NCBI GenBank assembly: GCA_950072105.1
Contig: CATMOE010000016.1
Span: forward strand, 1 to 57,485
Direction: 5' to 3'
DNA length: 57,485 nt
Origin: an uncultured Dehalococcoidia bacterium
GTDB taxonomy: Bacteria > Chloroflexota > Dehalococcoidia > Lucifugimonadales > UBA3495
Under the pieces are notes generated by a model that was not told the origin of the DNA, made no database searches, and saw only the letters and a program-made list of their open reading frames with translations. Each line of letters starts with the position of its first letter. Position 1 is the stretch's first letter. The translations under genes and the position numbers were made by a program. Shown here piece after piece: positions 19,347 through 28,774 of the stretch.

Positions 19347-21251
19347 TTATCTTCGTACCCCTTTGATGTTTTCCAGGTTGTTATAGGAACCTCCGGGAGG
19401 CCCTAGGAAGATGTATTCCGCTATTACCTCCGGGTCGTAAATCGCCTGTACTGGCAGTGTGAACAACGGCATGGTATGCACGCCGTAGTACAACTCGTCC
19501 GCGACCTCTTGCCACAGGCCGTTCGCTAAGGCTTTGTCTGTGGTGCCCAAAGCCCTGGTCTTCTTCTCTTCAATGGAGTCCGTCACCGTCGCACGGAAGA
19601 AACGCTCGGCGCTGTAGTAGAAGTGGACGCGAGTGGCCATCGGGGCGGCCGGACCGCGGAACGGGTACACACAACACTGTGTCTCCAGTCCGCGGTACTT
19701 CTCTCGCCAGCGGGAGAACTCAACTTCTTCTAGCTTAGGCTGCAGACCGATGGCTTCCCAATAACCTGCGGCCGCCTCCATGACATCTGGCTGTTCTGGG
19801 ACACCGCTAAGAGGAAACAGCTTTTCCCGGACCTCGAAGCCGTTGGGGAACCCGGCTTCAGCCAACAACTCCTTGGCTCGCTTCGGGTCGTAGCCGTACA
19901 GTTCATCCCATTTCTCTTCCCAATCGGGATTGTAGCCTGCAGGGAAAGCTGGGTGCAGGGAAGCTACCCATTGCCTTGATCCTTGACCGTCGAAGATGGC
20001 CTCGTTGATCTTATCCCGGTCAAGGGCCTTGTTCATCGCCATACGGACCTTTCTGCCCACTTCGCCGCGTAGGGCCCAAGGCATCGGATCGTAGGCTGCT
20101 TCCACGGCCTTCGCGAAGTAGGAGCCACCGAATATCATAAATGTGGTCACAGCTTCCACCGACGCGTCGGCTATCTCAAGCCCGCCATCCAGGGCTTCTT
20201 GATTCAACGCTCGCGTCAAGGATCCCACGTGAGCCTCTCTAGCCAATAAGATCGCCAGCCGCGTGGCGGGTTCCTTGACCATCTTGATCTCCAACGCGGC
20301 AAAGTCAGGGTTCACCCTCCAATGGTCGTAAGGCACTCTGTCGTATTCCCAGTTGACGCCCTTCTCAAAGTTGACGTATTGGTATGGCCCGGTGCGCGAT
20401 GGATTGTCTTCGACGCCCTTTGCGCCCAACGCGCAATACCCTTGGACTGAAGCCGGAGATTCCTTTCTAAGTTTATACTGGGCCGAACCCTGAGGGCACC
20501 CTTGGTCCCACTGGGCCTTGCTGGATATGGGCACACCCCGGTACTCGGAGAGCCAGTAGTCGTACAATAAAGCCGGCCGCACAGGGGTTTTTATGACTAT
20601 TTCATGGTCGCTGATGACCTCTACGTCCGTACCTGGGTCGTTCCGGAAATAGTCGGAGTAGGATGCTTTACATGTGTCGTTGGTGTAGTAAGAAAAGGAG
20701 TGGAGTACGTCGTCAGCAGAGAACTCGCCGAAACCGTTGTGGAATTTCACTCCTTTCCGTAGCTTGACGTTAAATGAACGCATGTCGTCGCTGGCTTTCC
20801 ATTCTTCCGCCAAATGAGGGACGATCTCGCCAGTTGAGTGGTCGACTCCCAATAGGTATTCCACCGAAGGACGATGGTTCACCGTGGCGCTTCCAGTTAC
20901 CTGGCAGTCCAGAGCCGACTGCTTGGTGGGGGTTGCTAAAACCGCGATTAGCTTGTCGAGCACAACCTTGCCTGTCTGGGCTGCTTTTGGTACGGCTGTG
21001 GGCGCAGCCCGGGTGACCACGTACGACTTCTCTACCGTTTTGATGACCTCTTTTTCCACGATCTTGGTTACGGGTACCTCTTTGATGACCTCTTTCTCTA
21101 TCTGTACTTCTTTGATGATTTCTTTAATGACCTCTTTCTCCACCACGATGGGTTCCGCGGAGGTGCCTCCGCAGGCCGCCAGGGCCATTAATAAGAGGAC
21201 CAGGGGCGTAAAGATGAGGAACTTAGGATCCATTAGCCTGCGGTACGACAT
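19347..21251 (-). CDS. Family 5 ABC solute-binding lipoprotein with VEKEV-type repeat stalk
   Basis: Lipobox LAAC; IVVEKEVIKEIIKEVQIEKEVIKEVPV repeat; PHLAEEW, LRKGVKFH, YDPKRAKELLAEAG. Confidence 0.93.
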   Translation of the reverse strand: MSYRRLMDPKFLIFTPLVLLLMALAACGGTSAEPIVVEKEVIKEIIKEVQIEKEVIKEVPVTKIVEKEVIKTVEKSYVVTRAAPTAVPKAAQTGKVVLDKLIAVLATPTKQSALDCQVTGSATVNHRPSVEYLLGVDHSTGEIVPHLAEEWKASDDMRSFNVKLRKGVKFHNGFGEFSADDVLHSFSYYTNDTCKASYSDYFRNDPGTDVEVISDHEIVIKTPVRPALLYDYWLSEYRGVPISSKAQWDQGCPQGSAQYKLRKESPASVQGYCALGAKGVEDNPSRTGPYQYVNFEKGVNWEYDRVPYDHWRVNPDFAALEIKMVKEPATRLAILLAREAHVGSLTRALNQEALDGGLEIADASVEAVTTFMIFGGSYFAKAVEAAYDPMPWALRGEVGRKVRMAMNKALDRDKINEAIFDGQGSRQWVASLHPAFPAGYNPDWEEKWDELYGYDPKRAKELLAEAGFPNGFEVREKLFPLSGVPEQPDVMEAAAGYWEAIGLQPKLEEVEFSRWREKYRGLETQCCVYPFRGPAAPMATRVHFYYSAERFFRATVTDSIEEKKTRALGTTDKALANGLWQEVADELYYGVHTMPLFTLPVQAIYDPEVIAEYIFLGPPGGSYNNLENIKGVRR

Positions 21252-21439
21252 GAGATTCCCTCCCAATTTATCCAGATATCCTCGAGAGTGCTTTGGGCGC
21301 TATAGCACCCGACGAATTGCGTAAAATCCGTTCCCCACCCTGCATAAATTCGGTATACCTGGCGAACTAAAATACTCTTCTGCGGATAGTATTGATATTA
21401 ATTAGTCCGCCAATACACCACCTGAGAAAAACATAAATT

Positions 21440-21489
21440 AGATATATACTATTTATTCATACCGTGTCAATAGCAAATAGTATAAATCT
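21440..21489. promoter_or_regulatory. Long inverted-repeat operator candidate around a minus-strand TTGACA
   Basis: AGATATATACTATTT-N20-AAATAGTATAAATCT (14 of 15 paired); TGTCAA at 21465-21470 lies in the spacer. Confidence 0.55.
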
Positions 21490-21592
21490 GTCGACAAAAT
21501 GAAAACCTATTCGGCGGCTAAGATTTTCTCTGAAGTACCAGGTTGGGGACTTTGGAAAGGTAGGGACAGTGAGCAGAGGGGATGAGGAACGA

Positions 21593-22480
21593 TTAGGGTT
21601 GGGGGTCTCCGGGGCGGCGGCGTTGCCGGGTCCTGAGGAATTGCTCAAGATCCTTAACCATTTCTGAAGGCTCAGGGATCTCTCCGGCCGGGGCAGCCTC
21701 GTCGTACTGGGTTTCCAGTTTGCTGACGTAAGAGCTGATCTGCTCGTCATCCGCGATCGCCTTTGCGACTTCCTCGTCGAATATCTCGGCGGCGGAACGG
21801 AGTTCATCCAGGTCTAAAGGCAACTTGAGGAGCTTGGCAAGGGTCTCGGTCAAGGTGTAGCTAACCCTGTAATTGGGCGCTGCTTGCAGATAGTGAGATG
21901 TATGCCCCCAGAGTGAGGCGTACTCCATATCATTGTTGGAGCAGGCTTCCAGGACGGCGGAACTGATGCCTGTCGGCCCTTGGTAGTTGGAGCCCTTAAT
22001 GCTGAAACTTTCGAATAGTTCACGTGTCCCGAGACCGGTGGCGCTACCGGTTAATCTTACGCTTCTCGAGTGGGGGACTGCGTCTAGAAGAGCCCCAAGA
22101 TGCACCACGGTTTCAACACCTTGGTCCTTGGCCAAGCCGGCGATACTGTTGGAGAAGGTCCGCCATCGCAGGTTGGGCTCTACTCCAAGGTAAAACATGA
22201 TTCCATCGTTGGTCCCGGGCAAGACTGCCCAGGCGAATTCGTTGGCGGGCCAATTCACACGCCGTAGACCATCCTTGGTGCGGACGGAATAGGGACGTGT
22301 CTGGGTGAAGTCATAGAACTCTTCGGGGTCAATCTCGGCGAATTTCCGGGCCGACAGACTTCGCTGGATGTACTTGACGGTATTGGTGGCGGCTTCACCG
22401 GCGTCGGCCCACCCGGCGAAAGCCATGATTAGATACTTTAACTTGATGTCCGGTTTTTCGAAGATGTTCAGGTAATTCAT
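21593..22480 (-). CDS. PAC2 (proteasome assembly chaperone-like) family protein
   Basis: AFAGWADAGEAA, IDPEEFYDF...RP, GVEPNLRW, LGALLDAVPHSR, YQGPTGI. Confidence 0.9.
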   Translation of the reverse strand: MNYLNIFEKPDIKLKYLIMAFAGWADAGEAATNTVKYIQRSLSARKFAEIDPEEFYDFTQTRPYSVRTKDGLRRVNWPANEFAWAVLPGTNDGIMFYLGVEPNLRWRTFSNSIAGLAKDQGVETVVHLGALLDAVPHSRSVRLTGSATGLGTRELFESFSIKGSNYQGPTGISSAVLEACSNNDMEYASLWGHTSHYLQAAPNYRVSYTLTETLAKLLKLPLDLDELRSAAEIFDEEVAKAIADDEQISSYVSKLETQYDEAAPAGEIPEPSEMVKDLEQFLRTRQRRRPGDPQP

Positions 22481-22525
22481 CGTACTTAACCAGTTTAGCA
22501 CCCGCCGAATTTGTCTACAATGCCG

Positions 22526-23701
22526 CTATGCCCATACGCCCCGAGTTTGGAGAGTTTCCTCGTTCAACTCCACGCCCCAACCCGGCCCGTCCAGCAGAGT
22601 CATTTCGCTGTTGTGGATCTCCGGGCGCACGGAAAATAGCTCAGCCCACACCGGGTCCCGGTCGGCGGTGGGAAATGTTTCAAGAATCTCTCCCACCGGC
22701 AGCGCCGCCACCAGGTGGCCGTGGATCTGCGGGTCGTGATGGGGCGCCAACCGCACGTTCTGCATGGCGCACAGCGACGCTACCTTAAGGCATTCTGTGA
22801 TTCCCGACGAGCGCGTGCAGTCGAACTGCATGACCTTGATCCCGCCGTGGATGATCAGGTCTCTGGCGTCCCACCGGTGGGCGGCGTTCTCCCCGGAAGC
22901 GATGGGGATCGAGGTGGAGGCCGCGACCTGTCCCAGCCCGGTGACCCGGTCGTACCAGTGAACCGGCTCTTCCAGCCACCGGATGTTGAAGGGTTCCATC
23001 AAGTGGGCCGCCCGGATGGCGGTGGGAACATCGTAGCCTTCATTCACGTCCAGCATCAGGTCCACGTCCGGGCCTACGGTCTGACGCACCGCTCCGACGC
23101 GCTCCACATCTTCTTCCACGGAAACGCCGCCGATCTTTAGCTTTATTGCGTTGTATCCCATCTCAACGTAGGAGGCGCATTCTTGGGTTAGGTCCTCGGT
23201 GGTTTTACCTTCTTGGTAGTAGCCTCCGGTGATATAGCAAGGCACCGTGTTCCGGGCGCCGCCCAAGAGCTTGTAGACCGGCATCCCCGCAGCCTTGCCC
23301 TTGATGTCCCACAGGGCGATATCCACACCAGCCATGGCGGTCATGATCTGAGGGCGGCCCCATCCTTTGCTGGCCCAACCCACATGATGGTTAAGCCGGA
23401 ACATCATCTCCCAAAGCCTTTCTGTGTCTAGGGGGTCTTCGCCCACCAATAGAGGCTTGAGAACATCCACGACGATGCGAGAGGCGCCGGACGCCTCTAT
23501 GGTGCCGTCCTCTTTTTGTTGGTAGATACCGGGGAAGGGCATACCGGCGCCGTGGGCTTCGCCGATTCCTACCAGCCCGTCGTCGGTGTGGACGAGCACC
23601 ACTAACTCGCTAACCCGTCCGATGGGCCGGAATGCGGTCCAAAACTGTTTCTCCGGCGGCGGCCACACGACCGCTATGGCTTCTATGTCGGTTATTTTCA
23701 T
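22526..23701 (-). CDS. Mandelate racemase/muconate lactonizing enzyme family protein
   Basis: VDIALWDIKGK, KLKIG, LMLDVN, WLEEP, ASGEN. Confidence 0.93.
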   Translation of the reverse strand: MKITDIEAIAVVWPPPEKQFWTAFRPIGRVSELVVLVHTDDGLVGIGEAHGAGMPFPGIYQQKEDGTIEASGASRIVVDVLKPLLVGEDPLDTERLWEMMFRLNHHVGWASKGWGRPQIMTAMAGVDIALWDIKGKAAGMPVYKLLGGARNTVPCYITGGYYQEGKTTEDLTQECASYVEMGYNAIKLKIGGVSVEEDVERVGAVRQTVGPDVDLMLDVNEGYDVPTAIRAAHLMEPFNIRWLEEPVHWYDRVTGLGQVAASTSIPIASGENAAHRWDARDLIIHGGIKVMQFDCTRSSGITECLKVASLCAMQNVRLAPHHDPQIHGHLVAALPVGEILETFPTADRDPVWAELFSVRPEIHNSEMTLLDGPGWGVELNEETLQTRGVWA

Positions 23702-23753
23702 GGTTCTCCTCGGGATTAACGGCCGCGTTGAATCGGTCAGCCTGCGCGGGCCA

Positions 23754-24902
23754 TCATAACAATCCCAGCCGCTCCAGCCGGTCCAGCCGGAACAGGGTCA
23801 AGTCGTGGGACGTTTCGCCCTTTTGCACCAGGTCGGCCATGATCTCACCCACTACGCTGCAAAACTTGAACCCATGTCCGGAAAACCCGGCGGCGATGCT
23901 GACCTGCGAGTATTTGGGATGGAGGTCGATGATGAAGTGACCGTCGGGGCTGTTGGTGAACATGCAGGTTTTCAAGGCCAGGGTGGGTCCGGCGGCCAGA
24001 GGGAAATAACGGCTGGTGAACGACCGGAGCGTCTCTTCATCCTCGGGATGCACGTCACGATCCATGGTGTCAGGGTCAACTTCCTGAGACAGATGGTGGT
24101 ATCGGCCAACTTTGAAACCGGGTATCTCGTAGCTGGGGAATCCGTAGTACCGGCCTTCTTCAACTTCCAAGCCGAAGACCGGAAATGCCTCTGGGCGAAA
24201 CAATTCAGGGCGCGAAGGTAGGAACCAGGCCAGCACCTGCCGTTCCGGAACAGCCCATCGAGTTAGCTCAGGAACCATTTTGGCGGCCCAAGCTCCGGCG
24301 CAAACCACTAAATTCCGAGCGGTGTAGCTGCCCCGGTCAGTCTCCACCCGCACGCCGTCGCCTGACGGCTCCCAGTCCAGGACTTGTTCACGGCCGTGCA
24401 CCTGGGCGCCCAATTCCAGGGCGGCGGTTACATGGGCGATGATGCAACGTTCGGCGTTCAGGAAGCCACCTTCCGCTTGGTATACCGCCACCACATCTTC
24501 AGGAAGTTGGTAACCCGGGAACCGCTGGTTTATCTCCGGCCCTGCCAGAATCTGATAAGGAAGGTGGTTAATGTCACACGCCAGTTTGGAGCCTTGGAAC
24601 AATGCGCTGCCTTCATCGCCTCCACGCAAAGATCCGGTGGTTACCAGCAGGCGTTGTCCGAAGCCGTTCTCAAGTTGTTGCCATAGTTCGTAGGCCCGGC
24701 GGACCAAGGGGACATAGGAAGGATGCTCGTGATAGGAAAGGCGAATCATCCTGGATAAGCCGCCGGATGAGCCCATATCGTTGGGAACATCGTAGCGCTC
24801 AATGCCCAGGGCACGGAGTCCTCGGCAGGCCAAGTGGTAAAGGGCGGCGCTGCCCATACCACCCACGCCGATAACTATGGCGTCGTATTCAGTCGTATTC
24901 AT
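23754..24902 (-). CDS. solA: N-methyl-L-tryptophan oxidase / monomeric sarcosine oxidase family protein
   Basis: GVGGMGS, SSGGLSRMIRL, CMFTNSPD (covalent-FAD Cys), GFSGHGFKF. Confidence 0.88.
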   Translation of the reverse strand: MNTTEYDAIVIGVGGMGSAALYHLACRGLRALGIERYDVPNDMGSSGGLSRMIRLSYHEHPSYVPLVRRAYELWQQLENGFGQRLLVTTGSLRGGDEGSALFQGSKLACDINHLPYQILAGPEINQRFPGYQLPEDVVAVYQAEGGFLNAERCIIAHVTAALELGAQVHGREQVLDWEPSGDGVRVETDRGSYTARNLVVCAGAWAAKMVPELTRWAVPERQVLAWFLPSRPELFRPEAFPVFGLEVEEGRYYGFPSYEIPGFKVGRYHHLSQEVDPDTMDRDVHPEDEETLRSFTSRYFPLAAGPTLALKTCMFTNSPDGHFIIDLHPKYSQVSIAAGFSGHGFKFCSVVGEIMADLVQKGETSHDLTLFRLDRLERLGLL

Positions 24903-24991
24903 TAATAGAATAGGCCAATCAAAAAATCCTGGATCGGGACGTGCTTACCGGAATCCCGATATCGGAAACTGCTGTCTTCTGAATCGAATCA

Positions 24992-25894
24992 TTAGCCCCT
25001 GGGTATCCGGGTTCCCGGCGTGGTCATGCGCATGGTGTAGACTGAAGTGCGGGCGGTGAAGAACATGGTCCGGTGGTCCGGCCCGCCCCAGGCGCAGTTT
25101 GCTGGAATCTCCGGCAGCCTGATGATTCCCAGGTGTGCTCCGGACGCGTCGAACACCCAGCATCCCTCAGAGCCGGTACAGTAGACTCTGCCCTCGCTAT
25201 CTACTTTCATGCCGTCGGGTACGCCATCCTGGGATGAGAACATGTTGGCGAACACCCGGTCGTTACTCAGTGAACCGTTGGCCGCCACGTCGAAGGCCCG
25301 TATCAACTGATGGGTGCACTCCTCTCCCCGCTCCTTCTCCTGGATACAACCGTCATCCCGGCGGGTGATGGCCACGTAAAGGATGCTTTCATCGGGAGAG
25401 AAGGCTAGGCCGTTGGGGAAGTTCAGTTCGCCGGTCACGGCGGTTACCGAGCCATCGGGGGCGATGCGGTGAACCCCGCTGAAGTTTATCTCCCGGACTG
25501 ACGGGTCGATGCGGCCACCTGGGTTGGTGAAGTAGACGCTGCCGTCGGCGCGGGTGACCAGGTCGTTGGGGCGGTTTATCCGCTTCCCATCGCTGGTTTC
25601 GGCCAAGGTTGTCATCGAGCCGTCCGGTTCCTGCCGGGAGATTCTCCGGCCGTCACCCTCGCACATGATCAGCCGGCCTTGCAGGTCGAATGTCAGTCCA
25701 TTGGCCCCGTTCGTGTTCTCCCGGAGTGTCTCGAGATCGCCGCTGGGGGAGACGCGGAACATCAAGCTTCGGCGGACATCCACGAACAGCCAATGGCCTT
25801 CGGGATGCCAAACCGGTCCTTCCGTAAACACGAAATCGGTGGCCAGGCGCTGGGCTTCGGGCGATTCCAATATCTGGTCTAGATCATCAGGCAT
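24992..25894 (-). CDS. SMP-30/gluconolactonase family protein
   Basis: FTEGPVW, RPNDL, PNGLAFSPD, PDGMKVD. Confidence 0.93.
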   Translation of the reverse strand: MPDDLDQILESPEAQRLATDFVFTEGPVWHPEGHWLFVDVRRSLMFRVSPSGDLETLRENTNGANGLTFDLQGRLIMCEGDGRRISRQEPDGSMTTLAETSDGKRINRPNDLVTRADGSVYFTNPGGRIDPSVREINFSGVHRIAPDGSVTAVTGELNFPNGLAFSPDESILYVAITRRDDGCIQEKERGEECTHQLIRAFDVAANGSLSNDRVFANMFSSQDGVPDGMKVDSEGRVYCTGSEGCWVFDASGAHLGIIRLPEIPANCAWGGPDHRTMFFTARTSVYTMRMTTPGTRIPRG

Positions 25895-25920
25895 AACGTC
25901 CTCTTAAAGGCATCTTTTAG

Positions 25921-26835
25921 TCAGGACAAGTGGGACAGATATTGGTCCACGTAGTCCATACCAGCCAAGTCGCTGAAGGCGGACATCAGACGTTGGGTGA
26001 TCGGTCCTGGCACTTTGCCATCCCGGATGGGCGTGCCGTTGACCGCCGATATCGGGCAGATACATAGGCTGGTGGAGGTCAGAAAGGCTTCGTCGGCAGT
26101 ATACGCGTCGAACAGGTCTATATCCTTCTGCTCCACCAGCATGTCCAAGCCCCTGGCCAGGTCTATCACCGTGTCTCTGGTGATGCCCTCAAGAACGAAC
26201 TGCCCTTGAGGAGTGGCCACCACACCGTCTTTAACCAGGAATATATTGGAGCCCCGGCCTTCGGTCAAGTTGCCGTTTTCGTCCAGCAGAACCGCCCAGG
26301 AGTCGGGTTCGGTTGCTTGGGCTTCCAGGTCTCCCAGGATCAAGTTCAAGTAGTTGTGGGTCTTGGCTCTTGGGCTGACGAACCGGGGTGGGATCCGGGG
26401 AACTGACGGAGTGATCACCCGCGCCCCATCCATATATAGGGGGGCCCGGCGAGCGAAGGGAATGGCGTGGGTTTCGATCAACACGGTGGGGCCCTGACGG
26501 TCGTCGGGACCGGTCGAATCCAGACCGCGGCTGATCCTCTGCATCACCCACAGGTCCTGGTTGGGCGGCAGCAAGGGATAGTTATGCTGGACCACCTCTC
26601 TGGACCAACGCTCCATCTCGTCCATCTCCATGCCCACGTCGATGCGCAGGTACCGGAGGGAATCGTACAACCGGTGGATGTGCTGACTTAGCTTAAAAGG
26701 CGCGCCGTTAAATGTTCGAGTGGCGTCGAAAACGGCGTCGCCATACAGGTATCCCCGGTCGCGGATGGATATGCTAACCTGGCTTTCCGGCTTCAGTTCT
26801 CCATTGAAGTAAGCGATATTTTCCGTCGGCGTCAT
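25921..26835 (-). CDS. Class IV PLP aminotransferase (IlvE/Dat-like)
   Basis: DRGYLYGDAVFD, AKTHNYL, EGRGSNIF, LEGITR, ADEAFLTST. Confidence 0.93.
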   Translation of the reverse strand: MTPTENIAYFNGELKPESQVSISIRDRGYLYGDAVFDATRTFNGAPFKLSQHIHRLYDSLRYLRIDVGMEMDEMERWSREVVQHNYPLLPPNQDLWVMQRISRGLDSTGPDDRQGPTVLIETHAIPFARRAPLYMDGARVITPSVPRIPPRFVSPRAKTHNYLNLILGDLEAQATEPDSWAVLLDENGNLTEGRGSNIFLVKDGVVATPQGQFVLEGITRDTVIDLARGLDMLVEQKDIDLFDAYTADEAFLTSTSLCICPISAVNGTPIRDGKVPGPITQRLMSAFSDLAGMDYVDQYLSHLS

Positions 26836-26901
26836 GTTATAACCTCGATCTCCATACTCGGCCCGATCTGGGTGGGGGAACTATCACAACGGGCGCTACC
26901 G

Positions 26902-27207
26902 CTACTTGCGGAAGGCATTTGCCCCGGTGACCAGGGCCGGCATCCCGCCAAAGAGAAAAGCGACACCAACAGTTTCGGCGATCTCGTCTTCGGTTGCGCC
27001 GGCTGCTCTGGCCCGGTTGGCTATGGTGGCCACTCCATCGGCGTGTCCCAACAATGCGTCACACAGCATGGTCATCATGGTTTTGACTTTTAGTGAAAGG
27101 GCGCCTTCCTGCAACACCGCCTCTCTTACGCCGGCGACGTTCTTCAACAAGTCTGGGGCGTTCTCTTCCAACATGGTCTGCCATGGCGCCGCTTGGGGTT
27201 GAGCCAT
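26902..27207 (-). CDS. Carboxymuconolactone decarboxylase (CMD/AhpD-like) family protein
   Basis: GALSLKVK...ARAAGATEDEIAE..VAFLFGG.PA; GAGGTG RBS. Confidence 0.88.
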   Translation of the reverse strand: MAQPQAAPWQTMLEENAPDLLKNVAGVREAVLQEGALSLKVKTMMTMLCDALLGHADGVATIANRARAAGATEDEIAETVGVAFLFGGMPALVTGANAFRK

Positions 27208-27550
27208 CTCTGCACCTCAAATATTTATTTAGATACTCCCGCATATCGGGCCGGATACTGTTCTAGACAGCGTTAGTCCTGGGCCACGGTCTAGCAAGGT
27301 ACCATAATACTAGCAGGTGAGGGGGTTCGCCAACGGGAACGAGGGGATCTGCTTATTGGGGAGTTAGCCGGGTGAGGAGCTGGGGCGACGGAGGAACATA
27401 CAAAGATGCCCGCACCGTTAGGGGGCGGGCTAACAACGAAAAATACTAAAAGTGGATGCACCCAATGCAGAATAGCTATTATCTCTACCCTGATTGAGCC
27501 TCAACTGAATCATCTCAAATCAAGGCCTTCGAGGGGCGCAACGACTAAAT

Positions 27551-27599
27551 AATGTTCACCGACGCACGGGAGCGCATCTCCCGTGCGTCGGTGAACATT
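27551..27599. repeat. Perfect 22-bp inverted repeat
   Basis: AATGTTCACCGACGCACGGGAG-CGCAT-CTCCCGTGCGTCGGTGAACATT. Confidence 0.9.
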
Positions 27600-27672
27600 T
27601 CCAGCACTCCGAGCCTGGTAGCCCGGAGCGCGATTTACCTTGAGGTATTTTAGGAGCGGGGAACTAGGTTTG

Positions 27673-27816
27673 TTAGCGGCTGGCGCCGATGCGGAAAACC
27701 TTAGTCGAACACACGGGGCACGTGCCCGAGGTTGCAGGCTTGCCGTTCTTCATGGTAATAGCCTGGGGGTTAGAGATCTCGCGCTTGCTTCGACACTTGA
27801 CGCAATAGGCTTCCAT
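27673..27816 (-). CDS. 47-aa zinc-ribbon microprotein (DUF5679-like)
   Basis: Below the ORF-track cutoff. GGGAGG RBS; MEAYCVKCRSKREISNPQAITMKNGKPATSGTCPVCSTKVFRIGASR with two CxxC motifs. Confidence 0.88.
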   Translation of the reverse strand: MEAYCVKCRSKREISNPQAITMKNGKPATSGTCPVCSTKVFRIGASR

Positions 27817-27845
27817 CACAATCCTCCCTGCTTATGGGTCCATAT

Positions 27846-27874
27846 ACTGTATAGGGTAGATGACAAATTGTCAA
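27846..27874 (-). promoter_or_regulatory. Sigma70-type promoter of the zinc-ribbon gene with a palindrome over the -35
   Basis: TTGACA-N17-TACAGT on the minus strand; TGACA-AAT-TGTCA at 27861-27873. Confidence 0.55.
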
Positions 27875-27941
27875 GATGTAGTATAAATCCGTTTTTTACT
27901 ACAAAATGTGGTATGTAATTACACCAAGTTAGGTCCGCTGC

Positions 27942-27988
27942 CGGCCCGCCATCTTTATGGGTTCGCGCTCCACAAAGATGGCGGGCCG
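27942..27988. repeat. 15-bp inverted repeat in the divergent intergenic region
   Basis: CGGCCCGCCATCTTT-N17-AAAGATGGCGGGCCG. Confidence 0.8.
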
Positions 27989-28122
27989 CAACGCCTGGAA
28001 TAGAAGCCGCTCTTGGCCAGGTACAGATGCGTCCCTACTCTGTTAAAATGCCCTGCACAGGCTCACACCAACCGACCGAACACTTCTTCATACAGAATAT
28101 TTTGGAGCGGCTTGAATGAATC

Positions 28123-28746
28123 ATGGGTAGACTGCTTTTGGTTAGGCATGGGGAAACTGCTTGGAACGCAGAAGGGCGGCTCCAGGGTAGCGAAGACATC
28201 AGTTTGTCCGAAGAAGGCCGCCGGCAAGCACGGTTGATCGGAGACCGCTTGGCGGATACGTCTATTGATGTCGCCTTTAGCAGCGATCAAAGCCGGGCCC
28301 GTGAAACCGCCCAACATATCCTGGAGGGCCGCGACGTGGTCTTGAACCCCATTCCGGAGCTGCGAGAGCGTGGCCACGGAGTGTTTGAGGGGCTCACCGT
28401 CCGTGAGAGGAAGGACCGGTACCCGAAGATGTTCGCCGATTCGTTGGTCAAAAACCTGGATTTCGCTCCGGATGGGGGCGAAACCTTTCGTGTGACCAAT
28501 CTCCGGATGGCCGGGTGGGCACACGATTTTCTCCAAAATCACCTGAAGGAGACGGTACTGGTAGTAGGCCATGGCGGGTCTCTGAGAGGGGCAATCATCG
28601 CCTGGATGGGATTTCCCGACGAATCAACCTGGCGGTTCATGCTGGCCAACTGCGGCCTGTCCATCATTGACACCTACGCCGACAACGCAGTATTGCGTCT
28701 TTTTAACGATATCTCTCATTTGGGCGGCTTCGAGCCGGAATCGTAA
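28123..28746 (+). CDS. cobC: Histidine phosphatase, probable alpha-ribazole phosphatase
   Basis: RHGET, SSD..RA.ETA, HGG; first gene of the cob operon. Confidence 0.75.
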   Translation: MGRLLLVRHGETAWNAEGRLQGSEDISLSEEGRRQARLIGDRLADTSIDVAFSSDQSRARETAQHILEGRDVVLNPIPELRERGHGVFEGLTVRERKDRYPKMFADSLVKNLDFAPDGGETFRVTNLRMAGWAHDFLQNHLKETVLVVGHGGSLRGAIIAWMGFPDESTWRFMLANCGLSIIDTYADNAVLRLFNDISHLGGFEPES

Positions 28747-28774
28747 TCGCGTTGATCGCTGATAAGGACTGGAT

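Noticed and set aside
27900..28122. Cobalamin riboswitch in front of the cob operon
   Set aside because: Only a simple inverted repeat; no GGGAA/GCCACTG core like the one at 57405.
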